Virus record (IMG/VR): IMGVR_UViG_3300045118_000377
Coordinates: 1 to 64,000 of that record
Direction: 5' to 3' (one strand)
Length of the DNA stretch: 64,000 nt
Origin: a virus
The translations under genes and the position numbers were made by a program. A model generated the notes under the pieces. The model was not told the origin of the DNA. It did not search any database and saw nothing but the letters and a program-made list of their open reading frames with translations. This document shows, piece by piece, positions 54,877 through 64,000 of the stretch. The stretch's first letter is position 1, and each line of letters starts with the position of its first letter.

Positions 54877-57177
54877 ATGTCCGCCGGGTTCCTTCAGCGC
54901 TTCTACTCCGCCTTCCCCGGCGGAACCATGCAACAGCTTCTCGGGAACGGGACCATCACCGAGGCTGGAGGAGTTCTAACAGTCACCACGCCCGCGAGCG
55001 TGGATTGCGATTGGTGGGGATCGTCTCCGGCCAATGCGCCTATCGCCTATCAGTCAGTTCATGACCGCATAACTGCCTTCGATGGCGTGTTGAAATTCGA
55101 GGCGCGGTGCTATCAGTTCTCAGCGCTGGCCAATACCGAGATGTGGGCTGTGGTCTGGGTGGATCGGTCGACGGCCTACCTGCTTTGTTATGGTAACGGC
55201 AGCCTGTACGTCAATAGATTCTACGGCGGGTCTAACTCGACGGTGACTTCTAGCACGGCCGTTGCCAGCCCTACCACCAGTCCTCACACATACAGGATCT
55301 ACTGGAACCCCACGTCTCGGCCTCTCTTCATTCAAGAGTCCGATGGTACCAATTTTGTGATCAATGCCAACGAGATCCAATTCTGGTATCGCATCGGTGA
55401 TGGCGGCACCTGGACTCAGAAGTACGCACGCTCTATGGAGTTCACGAACGCACTCCGGTTCGGAGTGGGCTGCAAGAACTGGAGCACGTTCCCCGCGAAT
55501 TCTAGCCTGTGGAGCTATGCAGGCATCTATCAGTGGGATGCCACAGCCCAGAAGTTCGTCCCGTCCAAGAAGGACGTGCAGCTGACGAACACGCAAGCTG
55601 ATCCTCTGGAGGTCCTGGCGCTAGAGGATCGAGCCGTCCGGCTCACTGAGAGTGGCTACCCTGCCTTCGACTCGCCGGACGGGCTTGGCGGCCCGGTCGT
55701 TTTGGAAGGAGAGCAGTCGCAGTCGCGCGTCGCGTTCGAGGACAGCGCGCAGATCTTGGACGCCGGAGGCCAGCGCCTAGGATTCATGCCGGACGTTATG
55801 GGTGGCGGGCTTTCCCTCGACGACGTGCTGGCTCTCGAGGACGCGGTCACCTACTACCTGTCGCCCGACGCCGAGTTCAGCACCATCACGCAAGACACCG
55901 ACCTCCACTACCACTTCACCCAGCCCAAGCCCTACATCGCTGTCCCCTACGACACCACGGGAGAGGCGTGGGCGAATCCGACCACGACCGGATTCACGGG
56001 CTACGCGCGCAACGGCTACCGATACACCAACGGTGTACAAGACGCAGGCCCGGTTTCAGCTCCTTGGAGGACCGAAGCATCCGGATCCAACCGCAGTTCA
56101 AGAGGGGATTTCCCGGTCAGAGCGCTGATCGTAGCCACGCGATTGGAGCTTGTGATCTTCGACATGGACTCGTTCAACGGCACGCCGTCCACCCTCCGCA
56201 TGTGGATGCGTTTCTTGTTGGGCAACAGCAGCTCCGACTTCTACGCGCTAGGTCGTGGGCTTGACACCATTCGATCGGTGAGCATGGCCAACGGCTTGCT
56301 GGCAGTCGGTACGCAGGACACTGGATGGGAACCGGGTCGTCTGCACACGATCGACTTCCGCGCGAACACGCCGGCCACGACATTCAGCCTCGTGGGGAAC
56401 GACGGCCAGTGGATAGGACAGGGTACCAAGACCATCGTCGATCGGAACACGAACACCATCTGGTTGTCATCGGGCAGCTACCGGATCACTCTGTCTCAGC
56501 TCCACAGCCTCTCGATGCTGGTTGAAGGCACCTCGACGCACATCGCGATCTCCGGCGAAGACCCGACTCCCAACGTCGTCTCGTTCTCTGGCAACACCGT
56601 GAGCGCCGTGGCTGTGGCAGCGGGCGCGGACATCGGCTCTTCCAACGCCGGGGACACGAGGCAGGTGTACTTTGACGACGTCGGATGGCTGTGGTTCTCG
56701 ATCGGCAGCCGACTCTACCGCAACTGCCACGACTGGAGGCACGGGTACATCTGGCCTGATAAGAGCGATCTCCGTCAAGGGACGGTCGATATCGGGTACA
56801 CGATCACGAAGATCGTGGCGGCCAAGAACAACGTCTACTGTGCGACGGAGAAGGGCGTCTTCAGCGTGTCCAAGGGATCGCTGTCCAACTACCTCGCCTA
56901 CACCATTGTCGGCGGTGGGGGTGGTGGACGTTTGAACGCGCCGCCTGCCGGGGAGATCTTGGTGGGCACAGCGCCTGTCATCAGCGCGCTCAGGTCTTAC
57001 ACCTTGCTCCAGGGCATCACCGTCGTTCCGTACCTGGTGGTTGGGACCTTGTACTCTGGGGGCGGTGACGGGGGGTTCACCCTCATCCGAATGTTCGATG
57101 ACGTCGTGATCAAATCGCTGATCGTACCCAACCTCATTGAGCCCGGCACGTACATCGCGACCGTGATGATGGCCTGA
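54877..57177 (+). CDS. Tail spike/receptor-binding-like protein (paralog A)
   Basis: Lectin-like N-domain, xxLED repeats, propeller-like C-terminus. Confidence 0.55.
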   Translation: MSAGFLQRFYSAFPGGTMQQLLGNGTITEAGGVLTVTTPASVDCDWWGSSPANAPIAYQSVHDRITAFDGVLKFEARCYQFSALANTEMWAVVWVDRSTAYLLCYGNGSLYVNRFYGGSNSTVTSSTAVASPTTSPHTYRIYWNPTSRPLFIQESDGTNFVINANEIQFWYRIGDGGTWTQKYARSMEFTNALRFGVGCKNWSTFPANSSLWSYAGIYQWDATAQKFVPSKKDVQLTNTQADPLEVLALEDRAVRLTESGYPAFDSPDGLGGPVVLEGEQSQSRVAFEDSAQILDAGGQRLGFMPDVMGGGLSLDDVLALEDAVTYYLSPDAEFSTITQDTDLHYHFTQPKPYIAVPYDTTGEAWANPTTTGFTGYARNGYRYTNGVQDAGPVSAPWRTEASGSNRSSRGDFPVRALIVATRLELVIFDMDSFNGTPSTLRMWMRFLLGNSSSDFYALGRGLDTIRSVSMANGLLAVGTQDTGWEPGRLHTIDFRANTPATTFSLVGNDGQWIGQGTKTIVDRNTNTIWLSSGSYRITLSQLHSLSMLVEGTSTHIAISGEDPTPNVVSFSGNTVSAVAVAAGADIGSSNAGDTRQVYFDDVGWLWFSIGSRLYRNCHDWRHGYIWPDKSDLRQGTVDIGYTITKIVAAKNNVYCATEKGVFSVSKGSLSNYLAYTIVGGGGGGRLNAPPAGEILVGTAPVISALRSYTLLQGITVVPYLVVGTLYSGGGDGGFTLIRMFDDVVIKSLIVPNLIEPGTYIATVMMA

Positions 57178-57179
57178 CC

Positions 57180-60029
57180 ATGGCACTGATCACCACATAC
57201 CAAGATCTGTTCCCCAGCTCCACGATCATGAAGCAGTACGCCGGCAATGGCACTGTGAGTGTGCCTGGTGCCGGTGACGCGCGCCTAGTCGCACCGAACG
57301 GCGCGAACTGCAACTATGATCAGAACAACCAGTCCGCCCCGTGCCTCTACGAGAACATCTCCCAGCTGCGTCAGCTCGCCTCGCCAGCGATGATGCTGCT
57401 AGTTGAGACCAAGCTCAGCAGCCTTACGGGAACGACGACCCAGCGTTTCGCGGACTTGTTCTTCGGCACTGCTCCGCAGTCGATTTCTGGCGTGTCGAAC
57501 TACTCCTACCAGCTTGGATTCTACAAGGGTGAGGGCAAGATCATCTGCGACTACTACTACCCCGGTGGTGCCGCACGTCTCTTCACCTCTGGGGCGGTTT
57601 CAGATCCATCCAGTAACCACATCTATCGGATCTACTGGAACACCGGCAAGATCGCGTACGTTCCTGAGACCGGCACGGTAGTCCTGCCAGACTATTTGGC
57701 GTTCATCTACTCCGTGGACAACGGCACGACGTGGGTGGCGCTCGGCACGCGGGCGAGAGACTTCGATCTCAACACGGCGTTCGCCGGTATCGTGCTGAGA
57801 AAGTGGGAGACGTCTGCTGTCAACGCGCAAGCGGACTTCAGCTACTTCGTGGCCAAGCAGCTCAACCCCGCTGACGTGGTGATGGCACCAGATCTTAGCG
57901 GGGCCAAGGAGACCAGGCTTGCTCTCGAGGACGCGGCCTCCACGTTGGGTGAGGGAGGTCCAGAGCGCTTCGATGTGCTGGGTACCAAGGACGCGGTCGT
58001 GCTGCCGTCGACCGACGTCGTTGGCCTGGAAGATGGTCTGGTTCTTCCATCGGTCGGTGGGCCGAAGCCGCGCTACGACTTCCCTCAGATCAACGAGGAC
58101 CCGTCCTTCAGCGACGTCATCGGGTTGGAAGACGGGTTCTTTGTCCAGATCGACGAGACCGACTACATCAAGGGCAAGTACGACGCTGACGGCAAGGAGC
58201 TTCTCGCGGGCGCAAACGCCAGGCACGTCTTCTACTACGATGCGACCCTCGATCCCTGGCACACGCACGGAGCGGGGCACTACGGAGCGGGGCGAGACGG
58301 CAAGCTCTACTACGACGGGGTAGAGTGCGGCCCAGGGGACTTCGGGACCGTCGCTGGTGGGTTTCGGCGCACGGCCTGGGCCTTCCCCGATGGCTTCTTG
58401 GACAGAGATCTGATCGCAAAAGCTGCGCAGATAACGATGCCAGCAGATGGCACCCTGCGCTTCACTGTGAACACGAACGGCACGGACATCGCTAGTTCCT
58501 TGCGCTGGTTCTTCACCGGCGACTTCGACGTCCAGGTCGACTACAACATTGTGTCGAATGGCTCCGGGCCGACAGACGGCGGCATAGTGATCCAGGCGGT
58601 CATGGACTGGAACAACTACACCTACGCCCGACGCAGAATGTTCGGCAGCGGCAACCCAAATTGGGACAAGGACGTTCGGAATAACGGCAGTTGGGGCAGC
58701 TACGCCTCGGTTGGTGGGGCCACTGCTTCTGGGAAGTTGAGGATCACCCGTGTTGGGAGCACGGTCACGTCCTACTACTGGACCGGATCGGCGTGGGCGG
58801 CGATTGGTAGCGGCTCTGCGATGACCTACAACCGACCGATGCTCATCGATCTCGGGTTCTGGTTCAATAGCACACCCACCGGGACAGTGTTCGAGTTCAG
58901 CAACTTTACGATCAATAGCGGCACAACCACGAACCTGATCGGGTGGGCCAGGGAGGCGGCGGGCACCTACCGTGGGTCTCTGGCGGAGTTTCCGCAGCAT
59001 GCTCTGATCGCTTGTACGGAGCCGAACATTGACATCATTGACGCTGACACCAACAAGCTCTGGGCGAGCTTCCGTGGTGCAGCCAACAACATGGTGTGGG
59101 GTCCGGCTAGCTGGGGGTATGTGCGTCAGGCGGTGATGAAGGACGGCGTGCTGATGGTCGCCCTCCCATCGAGCGGAGGGTATGGGCTCTGGATCGATTT
59201 CACCACAGACTGGGCTCGTTCAGCGCAGGAAGGCGGCGGAGGCGCGTTCTACAACCCAGAGTTGTCCACCAACATGTGGCCTATTTGGTCGCCGAGTGGA
59301 AGCGTCGCAGTCCGGAATAGTGGCAGGAACTATCAGGGGCCGTACGCCAACTGGGTGCTCCAGAGCTATTACGTTTACTGGTGCGATCTCCTGCATGACT
59401 CCGGTTATCAGTACCGCCTGTTCGCCACAGCGGCCGGTATCACTCTCCAGCGCTGGCAGCGCTGGAAGTTCCAAGGCGCTAACGACGCTCACCTCGACAC
59501 TCCCTACAAAGGCGTGTCCATGCAGACTGGGACCATGCGCTGGGCACAGTTCCAGCCGTCAACCCGTGACCTGCTGTACCACGATCGGTCGTCCCTCTAC
59601 ATCACCCACTTCGCCGCGTGGAATGCGATCATTTCAGGTGGTGGCGGCACGTGGGTGGAAAATCACACCTACACCCTCTCTGGGACGATTGACGAGGGCG
59701 ACCGCGCACTGGCCCAGGACGCGATGGTGGTGGACGGGAACTACCTCTACTACGCCCGCAAGGAGGGTGTGTACAGGATGGATCTGACCACCGGCACATC
59801 GGTGCTCCTGTACGGCATCGTCGGTTCTGGAGCAACGCACGAGATCCTTCCCACATCCCGCGCGGTGATCTCCGTGGCCTACGGTGTCGACAACTCCGTT
59901 CCCATCCTCCTGGTGGGCATGACCTACCCCGACCTCAGTGTGGCTGTGAATCTGAACACCAACGTGCTCTACTGGAAGGGTCGTCTGGATGACAGCCACA
60001 CACCCTACTCCATGGCGGTGGGAGCATGA
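57180..60029 (+). CDS. Tail spike/receptor-binding-like protein (paralog B)
   Basis: Same architecture plus an extra GDFDVQVDY...LRITRVGSTVTSYY lectin-like domain. Confidence 0.55.
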   Translation: MALITTYQDLFPSSTIMKQYAGNGTVSVPGAGDARLVAPNGANCNYDQNNQSAPCLYENISQLRQLASPAMMLLVETKLSSLTGTTTQRFADLFFGTAPQSISGVSNYSYQLGFYKGEGKIICDYYYPGGAARLFTSGAVSDPSSNHIYRIYWNTGKIAYVPETGTVVLPDYLAFIYSVDNGTTWVALGTRARDFDLNTAFAGIVLRKWETSAVNAQADFSYFVAKQLNPADVVMAPDLSGAKETRLALEDAASTLGEGGPERFDVLGTKDAVVLPSTDVVGLEDGLVLPSVGGPKPRYDFPQINEDPSFSDVIGLEDGFFVQIDETDYIKGKYDADGKELLAGANARHVFYYDATLDPWHTHGAGHYGAGRDGKLYYDGVECGPGDFGTVAGGFRRTAWAFPDGFLDRDLIAKAAQITMPADGTLRFTVNTNGTDIASSLRWFFTGDFDVQVDYNIVSNGSGPTDGGIVIQAVMDWNNYTYARRRMFGSGNPNWDKDVRNNGSWGSYASVGGATASGKLRITRVGSTVTSYYWTGSAWAAIGSGSAMTYNRPMLIDLGFWFNSTPTGTVFEFSNFTINSGTTTNLIGWAREAAGTYRGSLAEFPQHALIACTEPNIDIIDADTNKLWASFRGAANNMVWGPASWGYVRQAVMKDGVLMVALPSSGGYGLWIDFTTDWARSAQEGGGGAFYNPELSTNMWPIWSPSGSVAVRNSGRNYQGPYANWVLQSYYVYWCDLLHDSGYQYRLFATAAGITLQRWQRWKFQGANDAHLDTPYKGVSMQTGTMRWAQFQPSTRDLLYHDRSSLYITHFAAWNAIISGGGGTWVENHTYTLSGTIDEGDRALAQDAMVVDGNYLYYARKEGVYRMDLTTGTSVLLYGIVGSGATHEILPTSRAVISVAYGVDNSVPILLVGMTYPDLSVAVNLNTNVLYWKGRLDDSHTPYSMAVGA

Positions 60030-61540
60030 GTCGCACGCTGTTCACGGGCATCGGGTGGGCGGTCGAGAAGCAGACGATCGCTGCCGGCACCACGCTCACA
60101 GGCCCGGTCCTCGTGAGCGCTGTCAGCACGTCCCCCAACAGCGTCCGCCTGACCTTCGACCGCGCGTTGCAGCTCGAGTACCGAATGCACGTGCCGCCCG
60201 GCGGCTACCGGGCCAAGACCTTGGACATCTCCAGCTACAGGATCGCGAAAGTGGTTGGCGGTGCGCCGCTGACCATAGTTCGCACGGTCTGGGTGGACAG
60301 CACGCATGTCGATCTCCTCACCGAGAACCAGGAGGCGGTGAGCTATCGAGTGACGACCGTTGCCGGCGGCGTCATGGACTTCTGGGGCAACCTGATCACC
60401 GAGCAGACGGCCGACTTCACGGGCTTGTTGAAGTCCGACTACACCACGCCCTCGACTCTGCGCGCGTTCACCTCCGGTTACCCCGGCATGCAGGAGGACA
60501 CTCCAAGCGAGATCTACCCAGATCTCGAAGCTCCGTACCTGCAGAACCTCAACCCTGGCAGCGGCACCATCGACAAGGACCCTGCAGGCAACATCTACCT
60601 CGAGATCAGAGACGACGACGAAGGGGTCAACCTTTCGACGGTCAACATCTGGATCGATGGCACGCTTGCCTACAACGGCAGCACGTTCCTGGCTCCGTAC
60701 AACGGGCCAGGGTCAGCGGTTGTGCTTGTTGGACCGGCGTACCAGTTCACGATCGATCCAACGTTCACCTTCCCCGAGTTCCACGTCGTACTGGTGCACG
60801 TCCATGCCAGAGATCTGGCAGCGATACCCAACGAGCTCGATGGCGCGTACTCGTTCAGAACGTGGGACCACACGGCCCCGTTCGTGGACGCTCATTCGCC
60901 GACCGGCACAGGAATCAGCCAGAACACGCTCGTCACGTTCTCCGTGGATGAGACTTCCGGGTCTGGGGTCGATCTTTCCAGCATGAACGTGCTCATCGAT
61001 GGGGCCGCCGCCATCATCGGTGGTGTGCTCCGTCCTGGTTTCGATGGGCCCTTCAGCGCCATCGTGGCCCACGGCCTGGGGTACAACGTCACGATCCAGA
61101 AGACGACTCCATACCCGTCGTACGACTATGCCACGATCAACGTCTATGCCGAGGACAATGAGGGCAACGGCATGACGTACATCTGGAACTTCCGGGTGGA
61201 GGACTACCTTGGCCCGCTGGTGGAGCCGCTCTACCCATTGGCTGACGATGTCGATGTTCCGGCCAACAGCAACATCTCGCTCAAGATCTCGGATCTTGAA
61301 TCCGTGATAGCGAATTCGATCAGGGTCAACATCGATACCGGGATGGGGTTCGAGCCGGTCTTCGACTGGACTCGAAGCCCCAAGTTCTATCCCGGCTGGG
61401 ATGGTCCGGGTTCGACCTTCAGCGTTGGAGGGGGCGAGTACACCATAGTGATAGATCCCGTGACCGATTTCACGGTAGCCTCTCTTGTACAGGTTGAGGT
61501 GCTTGCCACCGACCCGACTGGCAACCCTGCGAGACTCTGA
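60026..61540 (+). CDS. Ig-like repeat virion protein
   Basis: Three D..AP/GP...D..SGV Ig-like repeats. Confidence 0.6.
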   Translation: MSRTLFTGIGWAVEKQTIAAGTTLTGPVLVSAVSTSPNSVRLTFDRALQLEYRMHVPPGGYRAKTLDISSYRIAKVVGGAPLTIVRTVWVDSTHVDLLTENQEAVSYRVTTVAGGVMDFWGNLITEQTADFTGLLKSDYTTPSTLRAFTSGYPGMQEDTPSEIYPDLEAPYLQNLNPGSGTIDKDPAGNIYLEIRDDDEGVNLSTVNIWIDGTLAYNGSTFLAPYNGPGSAVVLVGPAYQFTIDPTFTFPEFHVVLVHVHARDLAAIPNELDGAYSFRTWDHTAPFVDAHSPTGTGISQNTLVTFSVDETSGSGVDLSSMNVLIDGAAAIIGGVLRPGFDGPFSAIVAHGLGYNVTIQKTTPYPSYDYATINVYAEDNEGNGMTYIWNFRVEDYLGPLVEPLYPLADDVDVPANSNISLKISDLESVIANSIRVNIDTGMGFEPVFDWTRSPKFYPGWDGPGSTFSVGGGEYTIVIDPVTDFTVASLVQVEVLATDPTGNPARL

Positions 61541-64000
61541 TGGCGATCTACTCCTTCGTAACCACGCTCGTCACTCCGGTCAGCGATGAATTCGACTGCA
61601 TGGACTTCAACCCGGGGTCCATCAGCCAGATCTTGTTGTTCTCCGAAGCCGAGATCAGCCGTGGGACGCCTTGGATCACGATCGACAGCGGAGAGCTGGC
61701 CATCCTGAGTGATGACGGCATCGCCAGCATCTTTCGGTACGAACTACCCATCGGACAGCAGTTCACGTTCGAGTTCCAGTTCCGGCCGGTCGCGCTTCCT
61801 ACGAACCTGGACGCGCTGGACAAGAGCAGGTTCTTCGTCGCGGCGTTCGACAACCAGGACAACGCCGGAGGTCTCCTGATCTCCCAGAGCGGCCTGGCCA
61901 TCGTCTCCCAGTTCGGCAACGCCGTGATGCCGATCGCCGGCAGTCAGCACATCATCGAGGAGGGGACCAGCCCCTACACCGTCCGGATGGTGGTCGACGG
62001 CGTGACCAACATCATGGATCTCTACATCACGAAGACCTCGGAGCTGACCACCCTCGGGCACCAGCTGCGGTACACGAGCGCCGCGCCAGTGAGCCCGAGC
62101 TCGGTCATCAGCTCCGTGCGCATAGAGATCGTGGGCCAGGGAGCCCACCCGGTGCATGGGCACTTCCGCTCGCTTCGGTGTGCCTGCAATGCTCTGCGCA
62201 TCCCAAACCGTCGACCGATCGCTGATACCGGCCGTGACCAGACGGCTGTGATGGGGTCCGTCATCCGCCTGGACGGGACCGAGAGCTACGATCCCGAAGG
62301 CTCGCAGCTGACCTACAAGTGGTCACTGATCGGCACGCCCGATCAATCGGACTACGTGCAGAGGGACTCTGGCGGCTTCACGACGGACGATGGGGACACC
62401 GATGGGTTCACCGACGTTTTCCAGCAGGCCGGAGATCCGTGGAGCGCCGCGAACTCCCCAAGCCTTCAGCCGGGAGACGTCCTGATCGTTGATGACACCC
62501 AGTACGTGGTGTCGTCCTACGGGTGGGCGTACAACACCAGCACCAGCAAATGGGATCGAAGCGTCGGGTTCGACCCCAGTCGGTTGGTGGTCACGACCGA
62601 GACCATTCCCGATGACCTGGTTGCTGTCAGCTGGTCGCTGTTCTTCCAGAGCACGTTCTTCGACAACCGCACGCTCCCACAGCCGGCGTTCGTACCGGAC
62701 GTCCATGGGCTCTACACCCTGCAGTTGGTGGTGAACGACGGGTCGTTGGACAGCCTACCGGCCGAGGGCCTGGTGAACATCACCGACAGCAACGTCCCGT
62801 TCGGGGTCGTGCCGGACGTGAACTTCATCTGGGACTACCTCTCTGACGCCTGGAACCTGTACGACGATCGAGACCCAGTCACTGTCATGTGGTCGGGTTT
62901 TGCTCAGGCCGCGGCGAACTTGCTACTGACGGCCTGGCAGCACGACTACGGCAAGAGCCTGGTGGATGTCCAACGCACGTTCCAGCGCCGCTGGTTGAAC
63001 TACAGCTTCTTGCTCGATGAGCCGCCGACAGAGCGCGCCGACGTCAAGCTCCACATCCTCCGAGGAGTAATCTCGTCCAAAGTAGAGGACTCGATCACGT
63101 TCACCAGTCCCGTCTACCTCAAGATCTCAAGAAACGGCGGAGACCTGGTGCGTGTCGATCTCACGGGCACGATGACGAAGGAAGAGATCGTGGACGCCAT
63201 CAACGTGGCGTTCGGCGATCAGGCGGTTGAGAACCCCATCGCGTCGCTGGCCCATAACGTCGATGGCATCCTCTATGGTGGGCCCTACGGTGCCCAATAC
63301 GGCATCCTCAGCTACATCGACTCCTGGTGGCTGGTGCTGGGGAACTCTGAGCTCATCGTGGTGAGCAAGGACGGGACGGCGAACTCCTACTTCGGTTGGG
63401 GCTCGACCTACGATACGCAGAACGAGCTCACGGGACCGAGTTGCACGACCGCGCCTCCCCGCGGATTCTCCGTGCCCGGCACCCCGGTGCTGAGCTTCAT
63501 GGATGAGGGCGTGCTGCACGGGGACCTCCTGGTCCTGGGCGAGGTCGGGGAGAAGGGGACAGGCTACCAGGTCAGCAAGGCCGTTCGACATCAGGCGCTC
63601 ACCACGATCTCCGACATCAAGAACTGGACGGGGAACTGGTGGGTGCCATCGACCGTGACCTCAACGTACACGGACTTCACCAGGCAGTTGGTGGAGACCG
63701 GTGACATCGCGCGGTTCGATGTCCGTGTGCCTGGAGCCCCGGACTCGGTCGAGATCCTGTGTGAAGTCCGGGGAGTTGACGGCAAGGTGCTGGGATTCGA
63801 CGCCCGCCCGTTGCTCGAGGCCACGGCCGGAAACGTAGAAGACTACGAGATCACTTTCATGGGCGTGAGGCGCGTGTCCAACATCCCGGTCGACGCGCTC
63901 GTGGTGAGGATCCCGCGACTGCAAGAGATCATTCTGGACCCGACCGTGTGGTGGGACCAGAACTCTGACTACGTGCTGGAGGTCGATGCCAACGGCGTGA
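61540..64000 (+). CDS. Large PKD-containing baseplate/tail protein (partial, runs off the right edge)
   Basis: Open from ATG 61540 (TGATG overlap) to the window end. NRRPIADTGRDQ...LDGTESYDPEGSQLTYKWSL and GLYTLQLVVNDG are PKD motifs. Confidence 0.65.
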   Translation, partial: MAIYSFVTTLVTPVSDEFDCMDFNPGSISQILLFSEAEISRGTPWITIDSGELAILSDDGIASIFRYELPIGQQFTFEFQFRPVALPTNLDALDKSRFFVAAFDNQDNAGGLLISQSGLAIVSQFGNAVMPIAGSQHIIEEGTSPYTVRMVVDGVTNIMDLYITKTSELTTLGHQLRYTSAAPVSPSSVISSVRIEIVGQGAHPVHGHFRSLRCACNALRIPNRRPIADTGRDQTAVMGSVIRLDGTESYDPEGSQLTYKWSLIGTPDQSDYVQRDSGGFTTDDGDTDGFTDVFQQAGDPWSAANSPSLQPGDVLIVDDTQYVVSSYGWAYNTSTSKWDRSVGFDPSRLVVTTETIPDDLVAVSWSLFFQSTFFDNRTLPQPAFVPDVHGLYTLQLVVNDGSLDSLPAEGLVNITDSNVPFGVVPDVNFIWDYLSDAWNLYDDRDPVTVMWSGFAQAAANLLLTAWQHDYGKSLVDVQRTFQRRWLNYSFLLDEPPTERADVKLHILRGVISSKVEDSITFTSPVYLKISRNGGDLVRVDLTGTMTKEEIVDAINVAFGDQAVENPIASLAHNVDGILYGGPYGAQYGILSYIDSWWLVLGNSELIVVSKDGTANSYFGWGSTYDTQNELTGPSCTTAPPRGFSVPGTPVLSFMDEGVLHGDLLVLGEVGEKGTGYQVSKAVRHQALTTISDIKNWTGNWWVPSTVTSTYTDFTRQLVETGDIARFDVRVPGAPDSVEILCEVRGVDGKVLGFDARPLLEATAGNVEDYEITFMGVRRVSNIPVDALVVRIPRLQEIILDPTVWWDQNSDYVLEVDANGV

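Noticed and set aside
1-64000. Integrase/att sites, capsid, terminase, sheath, DGR reverse transcriptase, alternative genetic code
   Set aside because: None recognised. Long genes read through with the standard code and TAG, TGA and TAA all act as stops. Prophage versus free phage cannot be decided from this window.

Overview
A 64 kb, GC-rich fragment that looks like part of a large tailed phage or prophage with a contractile tail. The host cannot be determined from this window. The left ~15.5 kb is an accessory/early region: a partial WGR-like + ATP-dependent DNA ligase, HNH/EndoVII homing-type nucleases, about 30 small coupled ORFs, a non-canonical tRNA(CAU), several structured non-coding segments and a repeated promoter motif. 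The standout is a minus-strand operon that starts with a solo Cas7/Csm3-like RAMP gene (5606-6460), runs through seven small coupled ORFs and ends in a ~1.5 kb non-coding array (2121-3596) closed by an intrinsic terminator. The array has about 40 non-identical units, many of length 5n+2, with the pattern GA(CNNNN)n on the inferred transcribed strand. It is not a CRISPR array and is a candidate guide-RNA array for a RAMP-based RNA-guided system. The right ~48 kb is a virion morphogenesis module: tape measure-like, hub, baseplate J-like, wedge and fibre proteins. It also encodes a FliA-like sigma factor, a permuted papain-like amidase, a holin-like protein, a MshEN-like protein, a glycosyltransferase, and a LigD phosphoesterase-ligase-GNAT-ART-like polyprotein. 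All calls come from motif recognition by eye; no database searches were run.
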